Part shown: positions 27,811 to 37,746 of the stretch, one piece after another
Layout of the letters: each line of letters starts with the position of its first letter
How positions within the stretch are numbered: the first letter of the stretch is position 1
DNA from: Myxococcota bacterium
GTDB taxonomy: Bacteria; Myxococcota_A; UBA9160; UBA4427
NCBI GenBank assembly: GCA_965250285.1
Contig: OZ252299.1
Coordinates: forward strand, 5,792,001-5,856,000
Direction: 5' to 3'
DNA: 64,000 bases
Program-made: the position numbers and the translations under genes
The notes under the pieces: model-generated
Databases searched by the model: none
The model's input: the letters and a program-made list of their open reading frames with translations, nothing else
What the model was told of the DNA's origin: nothing

Positions 27811-28812
27811 ATGTCGACGGCCCCCGACGTGCTGCGATGGTCTCTCGGCGAGGGCGCGCTCGACGACGCGCACCTCGAGACGCCCGGGTTCCCGCTCGTG
27901 CTCGACATCGATCCGGGGGGCGCTGCCTGGGCCGAGGTCGCCGAATGGGTCGGCGACAGCGCGCGCGTCATCGCCGCCGCAGCGCGGGCGTGCGGCGCGG
28001 TGGTGCTGCGCGGCCTGCCCGTGTCGAGTGCGGATGACTTCGACGCAGTGATCGGCGCGTTCGGCTGGCCGAACTTCGCCTACGCCGAGTCGCTCTCGAA
28101 CGCGGTGCGCACCAACCTCACGCCGCGCGTGTTCACCGCCAACGAGGCGCCGCCCGAGGCGACGATCGGCCTGCACCACGAGATGGCGCAGACCCCCGTG
28201 CACCCGAGCCGCCTCTTCTTCTACTGCGAGCAGCCCGCCGACCGGGGCGGCGCAACCTCGCTCTGCCGAAGCGACCACCTGTACGAGCGCCTCGAACGCG
28301 TCGAGCCACGCTTCGTCGACGACTGCGCGAAGCTCGGCCTGCGGTACAGCCTGGTCATGCCCGAAGAGGACGATCCCGGTTCGCCGGTCGGTCGCAGCTG
28401 GCGGAGCACGTTCGGCTGCAGCGATCGCGGGGCCGTCGAGCAGCGCATGGAATCGCTCGGCTACGAGGGGGCGTGGCTCTCGGACGGCAGCTTGCGCACC
28501 ACGACGCCGGTGCTGCCGGCGATTCGTGCGCTCGGTCCAGATCGCTTCAGCCTCTTCAATCAGCTGATCGCGGCGCGTTCGTGGAAGGATGCACGCAATG
28601 CGCCGCGCACCGCGGTGCGATTCGGCGACGGTCGGGCCCTGCCCGACGACGCGTGGGCGGCGGTGGGCGAGCTGGCCGCCGAAGAGATCCACGACCTCGA
28701 GTGGCAGCGCGGCGACGTGGCGCTCGTCGACAACTTCGTGGTCATGCACGGCCGCCGGAGCTTCGAGGGGCGACGTCGGGTGCTCGCATCGCTGGTGCCC
28801 CGCGAAGCGTGA
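27811..28812 (+). CDS. TauD/TfdA family Fe(II)/2-oxoglutarate dioxygenase (SyrP-like)
   Basis: IGLHHEMAQ (HxE), LFFYC, WQRGDVALVDN..VMHGR. Confidence 0.88.
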   Translation: MSTAPDVLRWSLGEGALDDAHLETPGFPLVLDIDPGGAAWAEVAEWVGDSARVIAAAARACGAVVLRGLPVSSADDFDAVIGAFGWPNFAYAESLSNAVRTNLTPRVFTANEAPPEATIGLHHEMAQTPVHPSRLFFYCEQPADRGGATSLCRSDHLYERLERVEPRFVDDCAKLGLRYSLVMPEEDDPGSPVGRSWRSTFGCSDRGAVEQRMESLGYEGAWLSDGSLRTTTPVLPAIRALGPDRFSLFNQLIAARSWKDARNAPRTAVRFGDGRALPDDAWAAVGELAAEEIHDLEWQRGDVALVDNFVVMHGRRSFEGRRRVLASLVPREA

Positions 28813-28818
28813 TGCGGC

Positions 28819-29877
28819 TCAGTCGCCGGGCATTGGCGCGGCTCCGCTCGCCTCGCCCGCGATGCGGGGCACCGAGGCTGCCTTGACCGCGCCGCGGTCG
28901 AGGAACCACGCGTAGGTGTCGTGGAGCGTCGTCGCCGCGGGGCGCCACGCCACACCGAGGTCGGCGACGGCCGGCGAGTCGGCCACCGCACGCCAGCGCG
29001 TCGCGATCTCCATCGACTCCTTCGTCATCGGGACCGCGCGGCCGGTGAGCTTCGAGACGACGTCGCCGAGTCGGCCGGCCGTACGCAGCACGAAGCCTGG
29101 CGCGCGCAGTGACGGAATCGGGCGCCCGGCCACGTCGCCGATCGTGCGGACGAGGTCGGGCCACGCGAGGAAGTGACCGGCCGCGACGACCCCACCGTGG
29201 CGGCGCTCGTCGACGATGCGTTCGAGCAGCGCGGCCAGGTCGCGGCCGTCGACGAACTGCGTGCCTCCCTCGCTGTCGATCATGAACTGCAGGAAGCTGC
29301 GGAAGGCGCTCATCGATTCGCTGCGGCCCGGATCGTCGGGGCCGATGATCGCGCTCGGATAGACGATGGCGATCGGCGCGCCGTCTTCGAGGAGACCGCG
29401 CGCCAGGGCATCCGACGCCGCCTTCGAGCGGCCGTAGCGCGTACCCGACGCGACCAGGGGCGCGTCGGCGCGCGTTGCCTCGGGTGCACGGGTGTCGAGG
29501 ATCGCGGTCAAGCTCGAGACGAAGACGATCGGGTCGCAGCCGGCGTCGCGCGCGGCCCCCAACACGACGCGCGCGCCTTCGACGTTGGCCGCGAACGGAT
29601 CCCCGCCGCCCGCGCGCGTCACCGAGACCGCGGCGGCGGCGTGGATCACCGCGTCGCAGCCGTCGACCGCGCGACGCACCGCGGCTTCGTCGGTCATGTC
29701 GCCTCGAACGAAGTCTTCGTCGCGCAGACCGAGGGGGCCGAGGTGGGCGCGCGCCTTGTCGAGGCTGCGAACGAGCGCGCGCACGCGGTGGCCGCGATCG
29801 ATCAGCCGGGCCGCCGCGTGGCGACCGGTGAAGCCGGTCGCACCGGTCACGAGCACTCGGCGAGCGTGGGTCGGCAT
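28819..29877 (-). CDS. NAD-dependent epimerase/dehydratase family protein
   Basis: VLVTGATGFTG, HAAA, YGRSK. Confidence 0.88.
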   Translation of the reverse strand: MPTHARRVLVTGATGFTGRHAAARLIDRGHRVRALVRSLDKARAHLGPLGLRDEDFVRGDMTDEAAVRRAVDGCDAVIHAAAAVSVTRAGGGDPFAANVEGARVVLGAARDAGCDPIVFVSSLTAILDTRAPEATRADAPLVASGTRYGRSKAASDALARGLLEDGAPIAIVYPSAIIGPDDPGRSESMSAFRSFLQFMIDSEGGTQFVDGRDLAALLERIVDERRHGGVVAAGHFLAWPDLVRTIGDVAGRPIPSLRAPGFVLRTAGRLGDVVSKLTGRAVPMTKESMEIATRWRAVADSPAVADLGVAWRPAATTLHDTYAWFLDRGAVKAASVPRIAGEASGAAPMPGD

Positions 29878-30142
29878 GAGCGCCTCCGAAACAGCGCGGC
29901 GCAGTCTGCCGCAGCGGCGCGGCGTTGGCCCGGCTGACTTCCTACGAAAGGCGCGGCGACGAAACCGGGGCGCACGCGGGCCGACCAACGCTGGAATGCA
30001 CCGCCGGCGATCCGTTCGGGCGGGTGGGGGTATCACCGTACATGGGATGCGCAATGGATCGCGGGCTCACTCCGCCCGGGGTCGTCGTCGCGGGATGGGT
30101 GTGTGCTGAGCGAGGCGCAGCGTGAACGCGTTCGGGTGGGGC

Positions 30143-30310
30143 TCAGCGCGTGACGTAGAGCATGCTGCCGACGAAGAGCGCGACCGCAGGCGCTGCGAGG
30201 ACGGCGAGACCCGGCACGAAGAAGGCGGGGTAGAAGAGCGCGAAGCTCGAAACGATGCCGACGACCGAGGAGGCTTCGAGCACGGTTTCGTTCGTGGAGA
30301 TGATTCGCAT
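30143..30310 (-). CDS. Small hydrophobic membrane protein (55 aa), unknown function
   Basis: MRIISTNETVLEASSVVGIVSSFALFYPAFFVPGLAVLAAPAVALFVGSMLYVTR; GC-rich third positions; AAGG upstream; AT-rich promoter-like region at 30350-30485. Confidence 0.55.
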   Translation of the reverse strand: MRIISTNETVLEASSVVGIVSSFALFYPAFFVPGLAVLAAPAVALFVGSMLYVTR

Positions 30311-30608
30311 CGGATGGCCTTTCGTGACGGATTCGGTGACGGAATCTCCACTCTTATTCGGCCCAGGTGACATCTGAGTTGAGCGGAGTTGACAGCGAAT
30401 CTGAGAGTCTTTTGATATCAGATATTTATGCCGATGCAAAGGCGCCGTTTTCTCCACATTTATTTCGTCTTTTTTTCGTCTTTCGGGCGGCCGCGAGTGC
30501 CTTGTGACGTTCCCATGGAGTGGGGCGGGCCACTCTCGATCCGGGCTATCTCCTCGGCCGTTCGGGCCGGGGTCGGAGAGCAGGACAGCAGGACAGCAGG
30601 AGAGAAGG

Positions 30609-31172
30609 ATGAAGACGCGAGATGACGACCAGAGGCAGTCGGGGCGGAGTCGCGCGCCGCTCGCGCCGAAGGGTGCGCCGGCTCGGCGATGGCTCGCCGC
30701 CGCATCGGGCGCCTTCGTGGCTGCGATCGCGTTCGCCTGTGCGAGCCCTCCGGTCGTCGAGACCGTGCGGGCCGATGACGGGATCGACTTCGCGACGCTG
30801 AAGACGTTCCACATCATCCCGACCGAGGACGCCGAGGGCCGAAGCTACCTGGCGATCGAGGAGGCGATCGTCCGCGAGCTCTCGGAGACCGGTCGCACGC
30901 AGGCCCCGGCGGAGACCGCCGACATGTGGGTGGTGTACCGAGCGAGCACGCTCGACCGGCAGAAGCGCCGCACGGTGGCCGACCCCGATGCCAACGCCTA
31001 CCGGATCGTCAGCTACGTCGAAGGCACGCTCGCGATCGACGTCTTCGACCGCGATGCCGCCCAGCGCATCTGGCACGGACAGACCGTGGTCGACGAGCGC
31101 TCGCGCGAGGCGCTGCTGAAGCAGGCCGACCGCATCGTCAAGGCGATCCTCGACGAGCTGCCCGAGCACTGA
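30609..31172 (+). CDS. DUF4136 domain lipoprotein
   Basis: AFAC lipobox, DFATLKTF, YVEGTLAIDVFD..RIWHG. Confidence 0.8.
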   Translation: MKTRDDDQRQSGRSRAPLAPKGAPARRWLAAASGAFVAAIAFACASPPVVETVRADDGIDFATLKTFHIIPTEDAEGRSYLAIEEAIVRELSETGRTQAPAETADMWVVYRASTLDRQKRRTVADPDANAYRIVSYVEGTLAIDVFDRDAAQRIWHGQTVVDERSREALLKQADRIVKAILDELPEH

Positions 31173-31199
31173 TTCGGGTCGTGCCGGCGGCAGCGTCGC

Positions 31200-32090
31200 T
31201 CAGGTCGGTTCGGCTGCGGCCCGCTCGTGCCGCAGCACGTGACGCCGCCGCAGCAACACGGCGACGAACACGATCGGATACCCGACGGCGCCATAGAGCC
31301 CGCTGAAGAGCGTCAGATCGAGTCGGTCGAGGCCCGACATCGCGACGATGGCCGTGACCGCGATGTTGCGCGCCGAGAACTCGATGAGAAACGTGAAGCG
31401 GTCGTCGGGCGGCAGGCGCATCAGCGTCGCCGTGCCCCAGCCGAGCGCAGCCGCGAGCACGGTCCAGATCGCGGCACCGACGGCCGCGATCGGTGCGCCC
31501 TCGAGGAGACTTGCGTCGGTGTCCTCCGACGTCGCGACGCCGATCACGACAGCGAGCCCGATGGCGATGAAGGTCAGGCGCTGCAGCCGCGGGGCGAGGA
31601 TCGCGGCGCGCTCGGGGTTGCGCGTCCGCATCCACATCCCCAGGCCGATCGGCAGAAAGAGACTGACGAAGAGCTGAACCATCAGGCCGCCCACCGGCAC
31701 CTCGACCCGACCGGCGTCGCTCAGGAAGAGGCCCATGATGACGGACGAGAGCAGCGGCAGCGTGAGCACCGCGAAGACCGAAGCCATCGCGGTCAAGGTC
31801 ACCGACAACGCGACGTTGGCCCGCCCGAACGCGGCCGCGATGTTCGACATCCCGGCACCAGGCGAGACGGCGAGCAGGATCGCGCCGGCCCCGAACGAGG
31901 GCGAGAGGCCGAGCGTCGAGACGAGGGCGAAGGTCATGAGCGGCAGCGTGAGCCACTGGCCGATCGTGCCGCTGACGACCGCGCGGGGTGCCCTGAAGAC
32001 GCGACGAAAATCGTCGACGCGCAGCTCGAGCCCCACCATCGTCATCAGCAGGAAGAGCACCAGCGGGCCGGCGATGTGCGTCACGGTCAT
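31200..32090 (-). CDS. Bile acid:sodium symporter (BASS) family protein
   Basis: LMTMVGLEL..DF, SPGAGMSN, GRANVALSVTLT, IEFSARN. Confidence 0.88.
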   Translation of the reverse strand: MTVTHIAGPLVLFLLMTMVGLELRVDDFRRVFRAPRAVVSGTIGQWLTLPLMTFALVSTLGLSPSFGAGAILLAVSPGAGMSNIAAAFGRANVALSVTLTAMASVFAVLTLPLLSSVIMGLFLSDAGRVEVPVGGLMVQLFVSLFLPIGLGMWMRTRNPERAAILAPRLQRLTFIAIGLAVVIGVATSEDTDASLLEGAPIAAVGAAIWTVLAAALGWGTATLMRLPPDDRFTFLIEFSARNIAVTAIVAMSGLDRLDLTLFSGLYGAVGYPIVFVAVLLRRRHVLRHERAAAEPT

Positions 32091-32153
32091 CGGGCTGGGC
32101 TCCGGTTCGATGCGGCGTTCAGGTCAGGGGCGGCGTGGCGCCAAGTGTTCCGG

Positions 32154-32798
32154 TCAGAACTGCACGTTCTCGTCGAGGGTCTTGCCGAAATCCTCACTCG
32201 AGTTCGCGTGGGGAAAGTCGGTCTCGGGCACGGGCACGTCGAGAAACGCGCACAATCGATCCCAACCCTCGCCCGGCTCGTAGATCAGCAGCTGCTCCTT
32301 TGCGATCGACGCCTCGACCTCGGCGTTGTGCTTCTCGAACACCGAGATGGCATAGGCACGATCTTCGATGCGCCCATCGAACGTGCCCTCCCAGATGATC
32401 GCGTGAACCATCTCGCCGAACGCGCGGAAGCCCGGCGATTCGGAATCCCGAAGGTCCTTGCTCGAGGGCCAGATCGTCTTCATGACGCTGTCGTACCAGC
32501 GGTCGCCGTCCCGCTTCGAGAGCAGCACCCGCGCCCCGGGATATCGGGCATGCAGGGGCCGCCAGAAGTGAGCGGCCGGCCAATCGACCGTGGCGGGGTA
32601 GTCGGCGAAGAGCGCATCCCAGTCGACGTCTTCGCCGTTCGCGGCCGATTGCCAGATCGCGGTGTGACTCTCGGTCGCCGGCTTCCCCATCAGCTCGGTC
32701 ATGTGGTAGCAGGGGCCCACACCGATCTGGTCGAGCGCCAGCTTCAGCGAGAGCGTGCCGGTGCGTCCGAATCCGGCGCCGATCAGGTCGAGCGACAT
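32154..32798 (-). CDS. Sulfotransferase family protein (Sulfotransfer_4)
   Basis: IGAGFGRTGTLSLKLAL, PCYHM, VDWP, GWDRLCAFLDVPVP..FPHAN. Confidence 0.9.
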   Translation of the reverse strand: MSLDLIGAGFGRTGTLSLKLALDQIGVGPCYHMTELMGKPATESHTAIWQSAANGEDVDWDALFADYPATVDWPAAHFWRPLHARYPGARVLLSKRDGDRWYDSVMKTIWPSSKDLRDSESPGFRAFGEMVHAIIWEGTFDGRIEDRAYAISVFEKHNAEVEASIAKEQLLIYEPGEGWDRLCAFLDVPVPETDFPHANSSEDFGKTLDENVQF

Positions 32799-32933
32799 GC
32801 AGTTCCCCCGGTCGGCCGCGATCGCTCGCGGCGGTCGCCGCGCAGTCTACCCGACCTGTGCGCTGCGGGGCCCGTTGGGGCCGAGACGCGATAGAGTCCC
32901 GGCCTCGTATCGACCAAGGAGGGAGTCGAAATC

Positions 32934-34238
32934 ATGTTGCGAATCGAAACGGGTGGAATCATCACGCTTCGGTCGATCTTCTTTGCGCTGCTGGTTGGCC
33001 TCGTCGCGGCCGGAGGGGCTCTTGCGCAGGATACGCCCGCCGCCGGCGATGATCCGTCGGCGACCGCCGACACGGCCGAGACCGTCGTCGACGCCGACGC
33101 GCCGCCGGCCTCACCCGAGGCCGCGCTCGCCGAGAGCGATGCACCGGTGCCGAAGGTGGCCGACGCGCAGACGAAGTCGAAGCTCGAGAGCGATCCTCGC
33201 TTCACGCCGCCCCCGCCGACCCTCGACGCGACGACGCACGACCTCTTGCTGCTCAACTCGGGCGAGTGGCTGCAGGGTGACATCAAGTCGATTCGCGACG
33301 ACACGATCGAGTTCGACAGCGTCGAGCTCGAAGACATCGACATCGATCTGGGCGACGTGAAGGAGATTCACGCGAACCGGGTGCACACCTACCGGTTCGA
33401 GGGCCGACGCGACATCCTGACGGGGCCCGCGCGCGCGAACGCCGACATCTTCGTGATCGGTGGTCAGGAGCGACCGCGCTCGTCGTTCATGCAGCAGGTG
33501 CCGGGCAAACCCACTGAGCTCAACTTCTGGAACGGTGACCTCTCGGTCGGCTACAGCATCAGCAGCGGCAACACGAACCAGTCCGACCTGACGATCCGCG
33601 CCGAGCTGAACCGCGAGACGGCGCTCACTCGATTCACCAACGTCTACGTCGCCACGGTGAGTACCGCCGATGACGACGCGGGCCAGAACCAGAAGACAGC
33701 GAACAGCCATCGTTTGAACTCGGCGTTCGACTACTACGTCTCGAATCGGCTCTATCTGATCGTGCCGGCATTCGAGGTCTTCGCCGACGAGTTCCAGAAC
33801 ATCAACCTGCGGCTCACTCCGAGCGCGGGTCTCGGTTTCGAGTGGCTCAAGCGAAAGCGCATCACCTGGGATCTGTCGACGTCGGCGGGTGTCACGTACA
33901 CCGATCGCGTCGCGGTCGCCGCGCCCGATCCCAAGTCGTCGACCGACGCCGTCATCATCTTCGGGACCGACATCGAGACCGATCCCACGGACGACGTCGA
34001 GTGGGATACCACGTACACGGTGCAGGTCGTGCCGGCCGAGATCGGGCTGACGAACCACCATCTCGAGTCGATCATGTCGATCGATCTCTTCTGGAATCTC
34101 GACCTCGACATCACATTCATCTGGGATCGCATCGAAGACCCGGCGCCGCTACTCGTCGACGCGGGCCCGCCCGAGGTGTTTCAGCCGGTCGAGAAGAACG
34201 ACTACCGGCTCACATTCGGCATTGGCTGGGATTTTTGA
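32934..34238 (+). CDS. DUF481 domain outer-membrane protein
   Basis: Signal peptide, SGEWLQGDI, SSGNTNQ, DEFQNINLR, C-terminal FGIGWDF. Confidence 0.8.
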   Translation: MLRIETGGIITLRSIFFALLVGLVAAGGALAQDTPAAGDDPSATADTAETVVDADAPPASPEAALAESDAPVPKVADAQTKSKLESDPRFTPPPPTLDATTHDLLLLNSGEWLQGDIKSIRDDTIEFDSVELEDIDIDLGDVKEIHANRVHTYRFEGRRDILTGPARANADIFVIGGQERPRSSFMQQVPGKPTELNFWNGDLSVGYSISSGNTNQSDLTIRAELNRETALTRFTNVYVATVSTADDDAGQNQKTANSHRLNSAFDYYVSNRLYLIVPAFEVFADEFQNINLRLTPSAGLGFEWLKRKRITWDLSTSAGVTYTDRVAVAAPDPKSSTDAVIIFGTDIETDPTDDVEWDTTYTVQVVPAEIGLTNHHLESIMSIDLFWNLDLDITFIWDRIEDPAPLLVDAGPPEVFQPVEKNDYRLTFGIGWDF

Positions 34239-34289
34239 GCCCGGCCGAGCCGATCTGGCGACTCGGATGACTGAAGGCGCTCGCGCCGA

Positions 34290-35486
34290 TCAGGCGACGA
34301 CGGGGCCGACCTTCGAGGCGAGCAGCTTCGGCAGGTCGGCGTCATCGGCCTCCAGCAGTGCCTCGACCCACGCGTGAAAGCGCTGCCCACCGCCCTCGTT
34401 GCGGCCGAAGAGCACGTGCGAGCGTGCACCGGTCGCGAGCGCGCGTTGCTGGCGAAGGCCGGTGTAGTAGTCCTCGTCGCGCACGACCCGATCGAGGAGC
34501 GCCATCACGGCGTCGATCTGCTCACGCTGCTGCGCGTCGGGCTCGAACGGCGTCAGGAAGTACTGGTGGGTGACCGACTCACCCACACACTCGCCCGGCA
34601 GCAGCTGCGAGACCATGAACAGCTTGCCGCCGGCGTCGAACGCCGCGATCGACACGTGCGGGAAGATCGTCCAGACGCCGGCCGTCAGGCCTTCGAGGGG
34701 CCACTGGTCCTCGGGCATGTCGAGCATCTTCTCCATGCCGGGCATCGGCATGCTGACGCGTTGGTGCGGGCCCCATGCATCGTAGACGGCCTTGTTCGGC
34801 ATCTGATTGCCGAACGTCTCACGATGCAGGATCGGCAGGTGATACAGGTCGAGGTAGCCGTCGTAGGCGATCTTCCAGTTGGGTCCCGGCACGCTGTTCT
34901 TGCCGACGACTTGACACGCGTCGAAGCCGAGGAACTCGAGCAGGCCGTCGTAGCCCTGCAGCCAGTCGTCGATGTCCACCATCCCGGCCGGGTTCACGCT
35001 GCCGAAGATGAGCCCGGCGCGTTCGGCGACGGGCAGAGGTGTCAGTCCGTGTGTCGCTCGGTCGACCTCGCCGAAATCGCTCTCGTCGAGGATGCCGACG
35101 AGCGCGCCCTTCTCGTCGAACGTCCACGCGTGATACGGGCACATGAAGCGGCGCGCTTTGCCGCAGCCTTCGCGCATGATCTGCGTGCCGCGATGGCTGC
35201 ACATGTTGACGAAGCTGCGCAGCGTGCCCGACATGTCGCGGGTGAGCAGCACGGGCGTGCCTGCGACGTCCATGGCCTTGTAGCTGCCAGGCTCAGACAA
35301 CTCGCACGAAGGGCCGAGCATGAGCGGGAGCCGCTCGAAGACCGCGGACATCTCGCGTCGGTAGTGATCGGGGTCGGTGTATCGCGCCGCCGGGATCCGG
35401 GCGACGTCGGGCGCCTGGTCGACCGTGCCGTGCTCAGCGTGGCGGGCGTGTCGTCGGGCCATGTCGATCAATGCCTGGCGGCTCAT
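34290..35486 (-). CDS. Rieske aromatic-ring-hydroxylating oxygenase, alpha subunit
   Basis: NMCSHRG...CPYHAW Rieske motif; DGYLDLYHLPILH and EDY mononuclear Fe site. Confidence 0.92.
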   Translation of the reverse strand: MSRQALIDMARRHARHAEHGTVDQAPDVARIPAARYTDPDHYRREMSAVFERLPLMLGPSCELSEPGSYKAMDVAGTPVLLTRDMSGTLRSFVNMCSHRGTQIMREGCGKARRFMCPYHAWTFDEKGALVGILDESDFGEVDRATHGLTPLPVAERAGLIFGSVNPAGMVDIDDWLQGYDGLLEFLGFDACQVVGKNSVPGPNWKIAYDGYLDLYHLPILHRETFGNQMPNKAVYDAWGPHQRVSMPMPGMEKMLDMPEDQWPLEGLTAGVWTIFPHVSIAAFDAGGKLFMVSQLLPGECVGESVTHQYFLTPFEPDAQQREQIDAVMALLDRVVRDEDYYTGLRQQRALATGARSHVLFGRNEGGGQRFHAWVEALLEADDADLPKLLASKVGPVVA

Positions 35487-35796
35487 GCGATTCGTTCTCC
35501 AAACCGGGTGCGGCGCGGTCCTGCGCGGTGATGCCGCTCGGCTCAAGTGTATGAGACGCGCGCGACGGTGGGTGCGGGGCGTGCGAATGCGACACGAAAT
35601 CGCCCGCCGTCGACGCCGACGTCGCGCGCGCCCTCTGGGGCAGGCGGATCGGTCGCGCCGGCGCGGGATCGCCTGCGATACGCTGACGGGCCCGCATCGC
35701 GCACCGCCCGGTGCGGGCGCCCGACCTCGACGATCGAAGCCGGGCCCCGCGCGCGGGCCCGTCGGCTTCGAACGCACCCATCCACAGGAGAGCTCA

Positions 35797-36642
35797 GTGT
35801 CCACCGAACCGGTCCTCATCGACGAGCCGGCGCCGCACGTTCGCCGCGTCACCCTGAATCGCCCCGAGAAGCGCAACGCCCTCAATCACGACCTGCGCGG
35901 CGGCATCCTGCGTGCGCTCGAAGAAGGCGATGCCGATCCCGAGGTGCACGTGCAGATCGTGCGCGGTGCGGGCAAGAGCTTCTCGGCGGGGTACGACCTC
36001 GGTGGTGGGAACGAGGGACAGGACTTTCCGTGGTACACGCCCGGAGGTGACGGCCATTGGCCGCGCCACGTGACGTCGGGCTGGATGCGGATCTGGGAGC
36101 TCGGCAAGCCCGTGATCGCGCAGGTGCACGGCTATTGCCTGGCGGGCGGAAGCGAGCTCGCGACGTGCTGCGACCTCGTCTACATGGCCGACGATGCCCA
36201 GATGGGATACCCGGCCGTGCGCTTCGGCGTGCCTGACAACCACTTTCACGCCTGGTTCATCGGCATGCGCAAGGCGATGGAGATGATGCTCACGGGTGAT
36301 TCGATCGACGGCAAGCAGGCGGTCGAGCTCGGTTGGGCCAACGGGTCGTTCCCGGCAGACGAGCTCGAGTCGAAGGTGCTCGAGTTGGCGGGGCGCATCG
36401 CCTCGATGCCGCAGGACATCCTGCAGCTGAACAAGCGGGTCGTTCACCGCCAGATGGAGATCATGGGGCTCCACACCGGCATCCGCGCTGGCTCGGAGCT
36501 GTGCGCACTGGGCACACACCAGAAGACCCTGCACGACTTCATGCGGCAGACCCAGAGCAAGGGGCTGACCGGTGCACTGCAGGAGCGGGACGAGAAGTTC
36601 GGCGACTACCGCACGTCGGACGAGCAGCCGAAGCAGGCCTAG
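35797..36642 (+). CDS. Enoyl-CoA hydratase/isomerase family protein
   Basis: TLNRPEKRNAL, FSAGYDL, KPVIAQVHGYCLAGGSELA; AGGAG before GTG. Confidence 0.9.
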   Translation: MSTEPVLIDEPAPHVRRVTLNRPEKRNALNHDLRGGILRALEEGDADPEVHVQIVRGAGKSFSAGYDLGGGNEGQDFPWYTPGGDGHWPRHVTSGWMRIWELGKPVIAQVHGYCLAGGSELATCCDLVYMADDAQMGYPAVRFGVPDNHFHAWFIGMRKAMEMMLTGDSIDGKQAVELGWANGSFPADELESKVLELAGRIASMPQDILQLNKRVVHRQMEIMGLHTGIRAGSELCALGTHQKTLHDFMRQTQSKGLTGALQERDEKFGDYRTSDEQPKQA

Positions 36643-36714
36643 CCGCCGCTTCGGCGGCGGGCGCGGACGCCTCGAGGCGAAGGCGCGAAGAACCCGGAAT
36701 CGAGAGAAGACGAC

Positions 36715-37722
36715 ATGCGCATCACGATGATCAAGAAGCGGCTGGCCAACGGGGATCCGTGCCAGAAGTGTGCGCAGACCGAAGAGATGCTCAAGCGTCG
36801 CGGCCATTGGGACGCGATCGACGAGGTCGTCTGGGCCATCGAAGGCGAGCCCGATGCACCGGGCTGGGCCTACGCGCAGCGTCACGGCGTCGAGGTCGCG
36901 CCCTTCTTCGTGATCGACATCGACGGCGAGGAGACGGCGATGACCAGTCCGCTGCGGCTGATCAAGACCTACCTCGACGTACCGAAAGCGGCCGAGCCCG
37001 CGACCGCGGTCGATGCCGCGGCGCTGCGCGCCTGGGCCGCGCCACTCGCCGATGCCGAGCCGGCCGAGATTCTGTCGGCGGCGCTCGACCGCTTCGGCGA
37101 CGGCGTTGCGATCGCCTTGAGCGGCGGTCTCGACGTCGTACTCGTCGACATGGCGAGTCGGCTGGGTCGGTCGTTTCGCGTGTTCACCATCGACACAGGC
37201 CGCTTGCATCAAGAGACGTACGCCTATCTCGATGACGTTCGACGGCGATACGGCGTCGAGCTCGAGGTCTTTCTGCCCGACACGGCCGAGGCGATGGAGA
37301 TGATGAAGCGCAGCGGCGTGAACTCGTTTCTGCGCGATGGGCACGCGCAGTGCTGCGCCGTTCGCCAGGTGCGCCCGCTCGCGCGGGCGCTGTCGGGTCG
37401 GGCCGCATGGGTGACGGGGCGCCTGGCGGGTGGAGCGACGGCCGACGCGCCGATCGCAACGCTCGACCCCGGCGCCGAGGCGCAGCGGGCGGGGCTCGTG
37501 CGCGTCGATCCGCTGGCGCGCTGGGATCGTGAGCGGGTGCTCGCGTATGCACACGACCACGACGTGCCGTTGAACCCGCTCTTCGAGAGCGGGTTCAGCG
37601 TGATCGGGTGCGCGCCCTGTACCCGAGCCGTCGGCGCCGACGAGGCGCGCGCCGTTCGCTGGTGGTGGGAGGCCGGGCCGGGCGGCGATCTCGGCGTGCA
37701 GGGTACGGGCGATGGGATCTGA
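36715..37722 (+). CDS. APS/PAPS reductase (CysH)-like protein with N-terminal CxxC thioredoxin-like domain; catalytic Cys absent
   Basis: IDTGRLHQETY, CCAVRQVRPL, SVIGCAPCTR, RWWWE; N-terminal PCQKC; no ECG(L/I)H. Confidence 0.8.
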   Translation: MRITMIKKRLANGDPCQKCAQTEEMLKRRGHWDAIDEVVWAIEGEPDAPGWAYAQRHGVEVAPFFVIDIDGEETAMTSPLRLIKTYLDVPKAAEPATAVDAAALRAWAAPLADAEPAEILSAALDRFGDGVAIALSGGLDVVLVDMASRLGRSFRVFTIDTGRLHQETYAYLDDVRRRYGVELEVFLPDTAEAMEMMKRSGVNSFLRDGHAQCCAVRQVRPLARALSGRAAWVTGRLAGGATADAPIATLDPGAEAQRAGLVRVDPLARWDRERVLAYAHDHDVPLNPLFESGFSVIGCAPCTRAVGADEARAVRWWWEAGPGGDLGVQGTGDGI

Positions 37723-37746
37723 TGCGCGGCCTCGCGCGATGCGGCG

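Noticed and set aside
26443..28812. Long N-terminal extensions in the ORF track (789-aa TauD, 639-aa methyltransferase and others)
   Set aside because: Extensions overlap real genes on the opposite strand; starts were reset to internal ATG/GTG codons
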